Shown in pieces: positions 40,710-49,464 of a DNA stretch of 64,000 bases. The stretch is from Longimicrobiales bacterium (lineage in GTDB: Bacteria > Gemmatimonadota > Gemmatimonadetes > Longimicrobiales > Gaopeijiaceae): NCBI GenBank assembly GCA_965219445.1, contig CBDCNQ010000004.1:160001-224000 (forward strand), given 5' to 3'. The translations under genes were made by a program, and so were the position numbers. The number at the start of each line of letters is the position of its first letter. The stretch's first letter is position 1. A model generated the notes under the pieces. That model worked only from the letters and a program-made list of their open reading frames with translations, was not told the origin of the DNA and did not search any database.

Positions 40710-41561
40710 GTGAAGGATGGCGTCGCTGAGAAGACACGCTGGGCAACCGGCAGCGACGTCGGGTCCGCGGTACTCGACCTGGTACAACGCAGCCTCACCG
40801 TGGACACGATTATGACTCCTCGGGCTCATCTGGCGACCTGCCGTCGCGACGAGACGGCGAGCGCAGTCATGGATCGGAACGAAGACCATTTCAGCTTTCT
40901 TCCTGTGGTGGACGACACCGAGCGCAAGTGCTTCCTGGGCCTCTATAGGGCGGAGCGGTGGTTCGGCGACGAAGCGCCGGATGAGCCGATCCGCCACGAC
41001 TTCGAACTGCTCTCCGAAGACCACGTGATCGGAGCCGACGCGAGCATCATTGAATTCGTGATGACAGCTGACGAACGCCCGGCGCGGCTCGTCGTCTCAG
41101 GTAATGAGGTCGCTGGCCTGGTCACCCTATCCGATCTGCAGCGACTGCCGGTCCGCGCAGCGATCTTCACCCTGATAACCAGCCTTGAGATCGCAATGGC
41201 CGAACGGATCGAGACAGAATGGCCTGACGACCCCACGGGGTGGCTCGAACTGTTGAGCGACCAGAGGCGGGACGAAGTCCTGAAGAAGATCGACACGGCC
41301 AAGCAGGAATACGGGTTCGTCAGCGCAATCATGTTCACTCAGCTCTCGGACAAGGCCACGATCCTATGCAAGGAAAAGCTGGTTTCCGGAAGTGGGAAGC
41401 AACTAAAGCGCGGCTTCAATGATATCCGTGATCTGCGCGATCACCTCGCCCACGCGAACTACTATGCCGAGACCCCCGCGGCTGCTCGTCAGGTCTGCCA
41501 GGTGGTCAGGAAGATTCGCCGCATCCAAGCGGACCTGCTTACAGGGATCGAAGATCAATAG
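40710..41561 (+). CDS. CBS-pair protein with C-terminal HEPN-like domain
   Basis: LTVDTIMTP, FLPVVD, GLVTLSDL; RDHLAH Rx4H motif. Confidence 0.6.
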   Translation: MKDGVAEKTRWATGSDVGSAVLDLVQRSLTVDTIMTPRAHLATCRRDETASAVMDRNEDHFSFLPVVDDTERKCFLGLYRAERWFGDEAPDEPIRHDFELLSEDHVIGADASIIEFVMTADERPARLVVSGNEVAGLVTLSDLQRLPVRAAIFTLITSLEIAMAERIETEWPDDPTGWLELLSDQRRDEVLKKIDTAKQEYGFVSAIMFTQLSDKATILCKEKLVSGSGKQLKRGFNDIRDLRDHLAHANYYAETPAAARQVCQVVRKIRRIQADLLTGIEDQ

Positions 41562-41608
41562 CTCCCCTCAAGGAGAGCCGCCGTGGAGACCCCATCGGCG
41601 GGAGGAGA

Positions 41609-41635
41609 TTGACGAAGGCCCTAATCTGCTATAAT
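41609..41635 (+). promoter_or_regulatory. Extended -10 promoter
   Basis: TGC-TATAAT with TTGACG 15 nt upstream of the hexamer. Confidence 0.55.
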
Positions 41636-41678
41636 CAGACCACGGTCTCAGCACATAAGTATCACGGAAGGGAGAGCT

Positions 41679-41966
41679 ATGCCGCAGACATCCTCGAGGG
41701 ACATTGATGAGAGTGCTCTAACGAAGGGCCACCTCCGCAAGCTGAACGCACTTCGCAAGTCCGTCGGCGAAGATATCGGCGAGCGGGCGTTCGCCGAGTG
41801 GCTCTCCCGGCCAGCAACCGCAAGGGCGAGCGACCGGAACGCCGAGTTGATCGCCGAAAGTCTTTGGTCCCTTGTTGAGCAAGGCAAGCTTGCGATTCGT
41901 TCTGGCGGCTATGTGGTCAAACGCGGGCGCGGGCGAATCATCGTCGAGCCAGCGAAAAAGACGTAG
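41679..41966 (+). CDS. Hypothetical 95-aa basic protein
   Basis: Good RBS (GGGAG) and promoter; no family recognised. Confidence 0.7.
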   Translation: MPQTSSRDIDESALTKGHLRKLNALRKSVGEDIGERAFAEWLSRPATARASDRNAELIAESLWSLVEQGKLAIRSGGYVVKRGRGRIIVEPAKKT

Positions 41967-42056
41967 ACGCCCAGCGCCAGCCGCTTCCCCGACCGCCTTC
42001 CCGCGAGGGACTGATGGACACGGGAGCGACCCCCCGGCGGAGGGTGGCATGGGCGT

Positions 42057-42239
42057 GCACATGCCAACCCTCTGCGATGCCGATCGAGGCATCCCCAAAG
42101 GGGGGGTCGCTCCCGTCCACGGCCGCAAGCTCCGGAGCGGCGTCGCCGCTCCGGCGGCCGTGCCGCAACTGTAAGACAGGCAGCCACATACGGGAGCGCT
42201 GGCGCGCACATGGAAATGGCGTTTCGGTGCACATGCACC
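42057..42239. repeat. ~180-bp structured repeat, inverted partner at 43787-43966
   Basis: Manual alignment with the reverse complement. Confidence 0.85.
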
Positions 42240-42256
42240 CCGTTGTCTGATGTGCA

Positions 42257-42288
42257 TCAGGTCGCAGGTTCGTATCCTGCTACGCCCA
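42257..42288 (+). other. tRNA 3'-fragment-like att site
   Basis: T-arm GCAGG-TTCGTAT-CCTGC next to integrase 3' end; no full tRNA. Confidence 0.6.
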
Positions 42289-42313
42289 AGGGACTTACGG
42301 GAATCGTTAGTCC

Positions 42314-42341
42314 GATTCCCGCTATTTGATTCCCGCTATTT
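42314..42341 (+). repeat. Tandem 14-bp repeat GATTCCCGCTATTT (possible integrase arm sites)
   Basis: Two exact adjacent copies; near-copy at 63253. Confidence 0.75.
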
Positions 42342-42344
42342 GGG

Positions 42345-43508
42345 CTAAGAGCAGGCCCTCCGGCGGTCGTCGAGGGCCTTCCTGAGCTGGTCCTCGTCGG
42401 CCCGCTGGTAGCACTGGAGCACTGTTCTGGCCGTCTTCCAGCCCCCAAGCTCGCACAGCACCTTGAGCGGCTGGTCCATGAGGTCCGAAGCGAACTTCCG
42501 CCTCAGCGAGTGCCAGCCTCTGCGGTGCTTCGGCTCCAGCCCCGCGAGCCTCTCCGCTCTCCTCCACCAGGAGCGCGCCCGCCCGGAGCGCACGCACGTC
42601 GAAGGATTCCCGGGCGCGGGTAACACAAGCGCGTCGCCGATCCCAGGGTTCCTCTTTCGCGCCTCTTCCAAGACGACGATCGCCTCGATGGTCACCGGCG
42701 TCCGGTGTTCGTAGCCCGACTTCTCGTGCTCCACGCGCCACCGCACCACTCTTTCTTCGAAGTCGATGTCCGACCACCGAAGCTGGCGGATGGCACCGAT
42801 GCGGTGACCCGTCTCGTGCGCGAGCACGAGCGCGACACGAAACCGCCAGTCGACCTGGCGGGACACCTCTAGAAGCGCCTGGTATTCCTCCTCCACGAGG
42901 ACGACCCGGGTCGGGTTCTTCTCCTTGGGCGTCTTCAGACCCTGCAGCGGGTTCGAATCGAGGAGCAGGCGGCCCTGCTCGTCCCTCGACTTCGCGGCCC
43001 AGTTGAGGATCGCCAGCAGTAGCTTCAGGTCCTGTTGGATTGTTCGATCCGATACGGGCCTTCCGCTCGGGCCGACCCGGCCCGCCCGTCGTTCCCTGAT
43101 GAACCTGTCCCAGTCGCGCTGGGAGAGCGTTGCCGGGCTGCGGTCCCGTCCGAAGAACCCAAGGAACATCCGCATCGCGGCCCTGTCGTGCCGCCGCGAT
43201 TGCCTGCCCTTGGTGGGCGTCACCTCTTCACCGTAGATGTCAAAAAGCGTCTCCAGCGTGGGCGGCTCGGGCTCGGCTTCCGCTCCGCCCCCGATCTCCG
43301 GCCCGGCGAAGCCTGCGGCGAACTCGTCCGCCTGCCTCTTCGCCCGTGCCCAGTCGCGGTGCTTGAGCGATTTGCTCAGCCTGCGCCCGTTCTCACGCCA
43401 CTCGATCTGGAGCAGGCCGGTCTTGGGATCGGGAAACACCCGTACCCGGTTCCGGCCCCATTCGCCGGCGCCGTAACTGTGCCGGCTTCGTTTCGTGCGT
43501 GCCATCAT
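42345..43508 (-). CDS. Tyrosine recombinase/integrase
   Basis: TG.R (GHRIG), K, HSLR, GW, Y catalytic pattern. Confidence 0.93.
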   Translation of the reverse strand: MMARTKRSRHSYGAGEWGRNRVRVFPDPKTGLLQIEWRENGRRLSKSLKHRDWARAKRQADEFAAGFAGPEIGGGAEAEPEPPTLETLFDIYGEEVTPTKGRQSRRHDRAAMRMFLGFFGRDRSPATLSQRDWDRFIRERRAGRVGPSGRPVSDRTIQQDLKLLLAILNWAAKSRDEQGRLLLDSNPLQGLKTPKEKNPTRVVLVEEEYQALLEVSRQVDWRFRVALVLAHETGHRIGAIRQLRWSDIDFEERVVRWRVEHEKSGYEHRTPVTIEAIVVLEEARKRNPGIGDALVLPAPGNPSTCVRSGRARSWWRRAERLAGLEPKHRRGWHSLRRKFASDLMDQPLKVLCELGGWKTARTVLQCYQRADEDQLRKALDDRRRACS

Positions 43509-43786
43509 TCGATTCCTCCTCGATGATGGACTGCACGATCTGCGCGCCTGAAACTTCGCGCTGAAAAGGCATCTTCGCCAGACGGGCGATTCCGCGTGCG
43601 CCGGGCCTTCCGGCGTTCAGGCCGCTCCGAGCCGATGACCCGCCGCGCTGGCGCTTCCCGATTCACGAGTCCGGCGCTATGATGGGAAGGTTGTTTTGCA
43701 GACGTGTCGAGAGCGGCTCGGGGGGCCGATCTTGACCGCCGATCACCGGGGGTCGGTGGCGTACCGCGCGTGCACATCGACATCGA

Positions 43787-43966
43787 GGTGCATGTGCACG
43801 GAACCACCGCTTCCATGTGCGCGCCAGCGGTTCCGTATGTCGCTGGCTGCTTTGCGGTTGCACCACGGTCGCCGGAGCGGCGATGCCGCTCCGGAGCTTG
43901 CGGCCGTGACCGGAGCGACCCCCCTCTTTGGATGCCCAGTACGGCATCGGGGAGGGTTGGATGTGG
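43787..43966. repeat. ~180-bp structured repeat, inverted partner of 42057-42239
   Basis: Manual alignment. Confidence 0.85.
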
Positions 43967-44405
43967 GTGCCCAGGACGGGCGCATCCCGGACTTGGCGGC
44001 TTGGGCTGTGGCCCGAGCCATCGGGGGTACCCCGGCCTTGCTCGGTGATGCCCGGCTGCCAGACGGCCGGCCGGTCGGCGAACGGGTGATCCGCCGCCTC
44101 GAAGCGGCGCTCAAACCGCCTTCCCGCGTAGGGATTGATGGATCGGGAGCGACCCCAAGGGACGGGGGCAGGGGTGTGAAAACACACCTGCGTCCGAACC
44201 CGTACCAGGCCCTCGGACTGGGGGGTCGCTCCCACCACGGCCGGTGCCGCCCCTGCGGTGCTGGCCGGCCTGTCCGCGGAAGCGCAAGACGCTGCCGCGC
44301 CAGCGGATAGGCGGGAAGCTCCGTGTGAATCGCCGGGGCGCCGAAGTGTGAATCGTACCCCCGCGTCGTTTGCGCACTCCAGTGCGGCCGTAAGTCGCGC
44401 GCCGC

Positions 44406-45380
44406 TCATCGGTAGCGAGCCCCGGCGAGGCGCGCGGTCCGCCATGTGCTGCCGCGGCGGATTGAGGCACGGGCGGCCTGCCGTCGGGCCTGTTTCTCCA
44501 GCGCCACGCTGCGCTTCATGGCGGCCTGGAGACCGCCGTACTCCTCCAGGATCGGGACCGCGCCCGCGAGAATGGCCTCCTCGATCCGGGCGAGCTCCTT
44601 GCGAACCTGGGGGTCGAGTTCGGCTGGACCGGAGGGCTCGGCCCAGTGGCGCATGACTCGCCGTGCCCGCTCAAGCTCTCTCGAGGGGCGACCGACCGCG
44701 ACAACCTCGACGGATCGGCCTCGTCTCCCAAGCACGTGCCAGAGCCCGCGGTGCGCCGCACCCCAGGAGTGAAGCGCGGTCGCGGTCGCGTGGCCGGGAT
44801 CGGCGTAGACGAAGACGGCGCGCTCGGCGTCCAGCGCGACGGGCAGCTTTACCGGGAAGTAGCGCCGAGTCGCACCGGCGCCACCCCGGTAAACCCGGAC
44901 GGGCAGCAGCCCGTGTTCGATGCCGAGGGCCTCGAACGCGGCGACTTTCTCGGATTCGGTGGCCAGCCAAGGCAAGCCGGGATGCTCGATCACGTAGTCG
45001 AGCGAGAGCAGGCGCCGCATGAGTACGGCGGGCGAGGCGTCGCGGCGGTGGCGGATGTGCTCGGCTCCGATGGCCCGGTAGATCCGCCGGGAGAAGATGC
45101 GGCACACGCGGCCGATCCCCCGGATGCCGGGCACGGTGTCCTCGGCGGCCAGGCCCTGCGCGATCAGCGCGTGGACGACGCGCCGCACCTGTTCCGGGTG
45201 TGCATCGAGGAATCGCGCGCACTGGACGCGGGTGAACGCGCCGCTGTGGAGGCAGACGAACGCGATCCACCCGGCCTTTTCTCCCGTCCAGCCGAATGGC
45301 GCGAGCGCCTCTTCGCTTCCCTGGAGGTGAACGATCGCATCGCTCACCGCCGACTTGAACTGCTGCTTCCGCGTCTCCAT
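44406..45380 (-). CDS. Hypothetical mobile-element protein with winged-helix-like N-terminus
   Basis: 324-aa ORF; FTR.Q...VRR.V..LI..GL wHTH-like pattern. Confidence 0.6.
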   Translation of the reverse strand: METRKQQFKSAVSDAIVHLQGSEEALAPFGWTGEKAGWIAFVCLHSGAFTRVQCARFLDAHPEQVRRVVHALIAQGLAAEDTVPGIRGIGRVCRIFSRRIYRAIGAEHIRHRRDASPAVLMRRLLSLDYVIEHPGLPWLATESEKVAAFEALGIEHGLLPVRVYRGGAGATRRYFPVKLPVALDAERAVFVYADPGHATATALHSWGAAHRGLWHVLGRRGRSVEVVAVGRPSRELERARRVMRHWAEPSGPAELDPQVRKELARIEEAILAGAVPILEEYGGLQAAMKRSVALEKQARRQAARASIRRGSTWRTARLAGARYR

Positions 45381-45706
45381 GCCCGGAACAGTGAAGAGCC
45401 GTTTGCAAGAAAGTCAACCATTGGGGAATCTCCCAATTGCTCGTAGCGGCTAGAGATAGCCAGTACGGTACGCGAGCTGTTGGACACCGCCGCCAGCACC
45501 CCCGCCCCCGCCCCCACATGGCTCGCTGGAAGCTTGGTCACGGGACGTAGCGCGACCGGGAGGCCGGTCTGGGCAAAGCGTCGCGCCCGGCGGAACCCGA
45601 GCGCGGCGGTGTGCATCGGAGGGCACTGACCCGCAGGCGGCTCGATTGCTCCGGTGAGAACCCCGCGATATTGGTTGCTCGATTTGTGACGCGGAGAGAG
45701 AAAGCC

Positions 45707-45863
45707 ATGAAGAGCCTGCCCGAGCGCATCATGGAGCACGCCGACGCCACGCCGGAGGCCACGCCGATCTGCCCGGCGGCCCTGCTTCACCTCGGCCAAA
45801 AGGGCCGCGGTGGGTCAGGCCCTCTCCCGCCTGGCCCGTTCAGGCCGGCTCATGCGGATCTGT
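45707..45863 (+). pseudogene. Fragment of AbiEi/DUF6088-like antitoxin gene
   Basis: LLHLG / RAAV.QALSRLA..G.LMRI across a frameshift, then truncated. Confidence 0.6.
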
Positions 45864-46059
45864 GACGAGGGTTGCGGCTCTCTCGTGCCCCCCCGCATCA
45901 TTTGACCAGTCCCCTCCTGAAAACTCTGAGCTGGCCCTTGTACCGTTACGCGAATCCTTCCATGACTCTCAACGCCGGTTGAAAATGTCACACATCGGGG
46001 GGAGGTGACGGGCCTCTAAGTCGTCGTCGTCTCCTTCGATGTTCTCCTCCTCTTGCGAG

Positions 46060-46305
46060 TGACCTGACCCCCTGAAACGAGACCAGGTGCAATGTTAGGA
46101 TCGACCTGGTGTGAAGCTTTTCAGCGAGGAGGTCAGGATGGGAAGGAAGCGACACACTCCGGAGCAGATCATCACTGCACTGCGGGAGGCAGAGGTCGGT
46201 CTGGCCCGCGGCAAATCCGTGAAGCTGATCAGCCGGGAGCTCGGCATCACCGAGCAGACGTACTACCGGTGGAGGCGGGAGTACGGCGGGATGAAGGTGA
46301 GCCAG
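46060..46305 (+). mobile_element. IS3-family left-end remnant (IRL + partial orfA)
   Basis: TG-starting IR; RHTPEQII..LRE, ITEQTYYRWR.EYGG. Confidence 0.85.
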
Positions 46306-46419
46306 GGGCACGGCGCCTGCCTGCTCCGCTCACTCGGCGTGGGCGACGGCGGAGATCGCTCCTCCCTGCGAGGGCCGACCGACCGGGACCCGGCCGCGCT
46401 CGAGCTCTAGCCCGCCCCC

Positions 46420-46734
46420 ATGCAACCCTGGAAGATCAGCGCGGGGCTGACCGCTGCCCTAGCAGGCTCGGCCGTCCTACTCGCTGGGGCTCGTTTCAAG
46501 TATCTGGCGCCGTTCTGGCCACTGATCCTCTCGGACTATGGCGTTCTCATCGCCCTGCACCTGGGGTTGGCACTGACGGCCGCTCTAGCCGCCATCTACG
46601 GTGTCGCGCGAGCCGCCGGACTCGCCGACCTGGGGCGGCGCGTCGATCTCGTCGAGCGCTCCGTCCGGCGCGGCGAGGGCGATCCCGAGCTCGCCCGCGC
46701 TCTCAAGAGAGACGCCGAGGGCCACTGGGACTGA
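46420..46734 (+). CDS. Hypothetical membrane protein
   Basis: Two hydrophobic segments, 104 aa. Confidence 0.5.
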   Translation: MQPWKISAGLTAALAGSAVLLAGARFKYLAPFWPLILSDYGVLIALHLGLALTAALAAIYGVARAAGLADLGRRVDLVERSVRRGEGDPELARALKRDAEGHWD

Positions 46735-47236
46735 ACGCGGGGATGAATCCTCCTTCGACGGTAGTCCTCGGAAGTCTGCAAGGCTCATTCAGGCTTCGTC
46801 TGCACGGTCCGCGTTCCCCCCAGCCTTGTTCGAGAGAGGAAGCCTCCCGTGTTCCTCGAAAGCGCCCTGGGCGCCGGTGGGCTGAAGGGGAGGCGAAGCC
46901 AGATCACGGATGGCGCGGGACGGGGCCGGGTGCCACGCAAGTACCGTGATCAGCTGTGCGCCAACGTTGGCGAGGTCGTCGAACTCGTCGTCGAGTTGCT
47001 CCGCTTTCAGAGTTGGCGGGCGGAAGGAGAATAGAGATGCCGGAAACCAGACAGAGCAAGATTGGTGTTACGATATTCAGCGCTCGCGATCGAACGTTCC
47101 GGGCGGTGGCTGAATCCTCAGGGCCCACCTCGATGACCATGAACCGGTTGCCCAAATCAGAAAAGCAGACTAAACAAGTACACGCTCCCGAGCCACCACC
47201 TTCAACTGTCAGCAGGACACCATCCTCATGCAGGTC

Positions 47237-47475
47237 AGATACGTCGATGGACCACGGTAGCGGTGCGCGCCCGGCGGTGTGCGACTACGCGCGGTATCAG
47301 CGGGCCGAGCTCAACCGAATCAACGTGTTCCCGGTCCCGGATGGGGATACGGGCACCAACCGCGCCCTGACGGTTCAGGCGATCGCGGACCATCTCCGGC
47401 CGGGTTGTTATCGAGAGGCCTCGGCCGTAGCGTACGAGGCCACCCATGGTGCGGCTGTCGGAGCTCGCGGGAAGG
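47237..47475 (+). pseudogene. DAK2-domain (FakA-like) gene 5' fragment
   Basis: LNRINVFPVPDGDTGTN and GARG motifs, frameshifted and truncated. Confidence 0.8.
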
Positions 47476-47593
47476 TGATCACATTTCCTTGTTGATCCTC
47501 TGGATCTCGTGGTCCCCTCGCGCCGTCGGATCAGAGCAGGTCGAACGCATGAAGCCTGTGGTCTTCACCCGTGCCTGTGGATTGGGTCGTTGA

Positions 47594-48178
47594 ATGCCGA
47601 TTCCAGCTTTTGACTTTGACGGCGTTCTCCCGCCCTTTGTAGGTGTGCAAGGGCCAGGTGGCGTACCTACAGATATGTCTCCCTACGTCGCCACGGCATT
47701 GGAGGTCGCCAGTGGCTTTGGAGGCACTGCAGGGCGCCGGACCATATTGCGTGGGTGGCTTGGCCATCGAGCCGCGATGCGTGCGGCTGGATTTGACCGG
47801 GGCTTTCAGTGGCTAGACGGCAGCTTCGTCGAGGACAAGGAACCGCGTGATCTTGATCTCGTAACCTTCCTCTACCGTCCGCGGAAGGTCCACGACCCTG
47901 CCGCGCTTACGGCTGTGATGTCCGCAAATCCAGACCTTTTTCTAAGACCGCGCGTTCGTCAAAGGTACAGCCTCGACTCATTCCCGATCGACCTAGATGG
48001 ATCGCCCGAAGGCATTGTCGCAACATCATGTTACTTTCTTGGATTATTCTCCCATCGGCGTGCCGACAACCGTTGGAAGGGCACGATTCAGGTGCGACTT
48101 GAGGATCCCAACGACGACACCGCAGCGTTGGGAGCACTCGATTCAAGCCCAGCGGAGCAAGAAAGGAATCCCCAATGA
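47594..48178 (+). CDS. Pol-beta-fold nucleotidyltransferase-like protein (DUF6932-like)
   Basis: WLDGSF...P.DLDLV motif. Confidence 0.7.
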   Translation: MPIPAFDFDGVLPPFVGVQGPGGVPTDMSPYVATALEVASGFGGTAGRRTILRGWLGHRAAMRAAGFDRGFQWLDGSFVEDKEPRDLDLVTFLYRPRKVHDPAALTAVMSANPDLFLRPRVRQRYSLDSFPIDLDGSPEGIVATSCYFLGLFSHRRADNRWKGTIQVRLEDPNDDTAALGALDSSPAEQERNPQ

Positions 48179-49116
48179 CCAGCCAGCGTAAGTTGGAGCG
48201 CGACCTCCTCCATGCAGATATGGCCGCTGTTAACACGTTGCTGGACCAGCTCGATGAGGAAGATGTGATGACGCGCTTCGGTCTGGAGGCCCGTCGCGAC
48301 GAGCTGCGCGACTTAATCTCGGCGTCGGAGGCGGAGCCGGAGGAAGCAACCGCGTCCGCAATTCTCTTCTTCGGGGGCCGGCCTGTGACCGGAACCCGCG
48401 GGATCGAGAGCGAGTTCGCGTGTCTGGCGGTGAGCAAATTTCAAGATCTCGTCGCAAAGATGACAGCGCAGAAAGCCGGCACTCTTGGTCAACGGGGCGT
48501 GGTGCCGAATAAAGGCTTTTCGACGCTGCACATCACGAACATAACCCGCGGGTCAATCGGGTTTGTTCTGGAGGAAGTGCAACCCCAGACGCAGCACATC
48601 GGCGCGCCGCTTAAAACTTCGGTGAATGAGGCAATGCAGTTGCTCGATGCCTACGGCGAGGCAGACGAAGTGCAATTTCATCACGCCGTCGAAGCGATGA
48701 ATCAGCGCGTGCTTGGCACCACACGAGATTTTTTTGAACTAATGCGCGAATGCGGGGCGACGTTGCGTCTCGTCGCGAACGAGTCGGAATGCAGCCTCGG
48801 CTCAGAGGCCGTCATGCGTGCGGCTGAGCGGGCGAAGTTCACGACGACAGAAGAGGCCGAGGAGATTATCGTAGGCCAATTGGCCGGCGTGTTGCCTACC
48901 GCCCGTCGATTCGAGTTCCGCACCCGTGATGCCCGTGGAGTTATCAACGGGAAGGTCGACAGTGCGCTTACCGCCCATGTGCTCGCCCACCTTGGCCGCA
49001 AATGGGTAGATGTTGACGCGCATGCCCGGATTGTGGTGAAGCGGGTATTTCGCAAGGATGCTGTGGTACGGGAGAGCTACACGTTAATGAACTTGGTGGC
49101 GCCGACTAGCGCTTGA
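48175..49116 (+). CDS. Hypothetical protein translationally coupled to the NTase
   Basis: ATGA overlap; 313 aa, N-terminal coiled coil, beta-rich C-terminus. Confidence 0.75.
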   Translation: MTSQRKLERDLLHADMAAVNTLLDQLDEEDVMTRFGLEARRDELRDLISASEAEPEEATASAILFFGGRPVTGTRGIESEFACLAVSKFQDLVAKMTAQKAGTLGQRGVVPNKGFSTLHITNITRGSIGFVLEEVQPQTQHIGAPLKTSVNEAMQLLDAYGEADEVQFHHAVEAMNQRVLGTTRDFFELMRECGATLRLVANESECSLGSEAVMRAAERAKFTTTEEAEEIIVGQLAGVLPTARRFEFRTRDARGVINGKVDSALTAHVLAHLGRKWVDVDAHARIVVKRVFRKDAVVRESYTLMNLVAPTSA

Positions 49117-49131
49117 GGGCGGAGACATCGG

Positions 49132-49464
49132 TCAACCGCACCAGACCACTCTGCCCTCCCGGAGCCAGAAGTGCGACCGACAGCCGGTACGCCGCCACAC
49201 CGATGGCAAAAGGCTGGGACGACCGCGATGATCGATAGAGAGTGACCATCTTGGCCGCGCTTCGGGCGCGACCAGCAGTTCAATCGTTTCGCCGCATCCG
49301 CATGGGCAGCCCATGCCTATGCTCCAATCCTCCTGATCTTCGCACGTGACGATGAGATCGCGACGTGGCAGGATGGATGGCAGCATATCGCCGTCGATAA
49401 CCCGCATGCGCCGTCGCGGAAGGATCCCTTCCTTGGCATTGCGCCACCACCGGCGCAGTATCAT
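49132..49464 (-). CDS. DUF6527-like Cys/His metal-binding protein
   Basis: CPCGCG, L.PSVW, GCRSHFW. Confidence 0.8.
   Translation of the reverse strand: MILRRWWRNAKEGILPRRRMRVIDGDMLPSILPRRDLIVTCEDQEDWSIGMGCPCGCGETIELLVAPEARPRWSLSIDHRGRPSLLPSVWRRTGCRSHFWLREGRVVWCG

Noticed and set aside
42257..42288. Full tRNA gene
   Set aside because: Only a T-arm-like part is present; no D or anticodon arm
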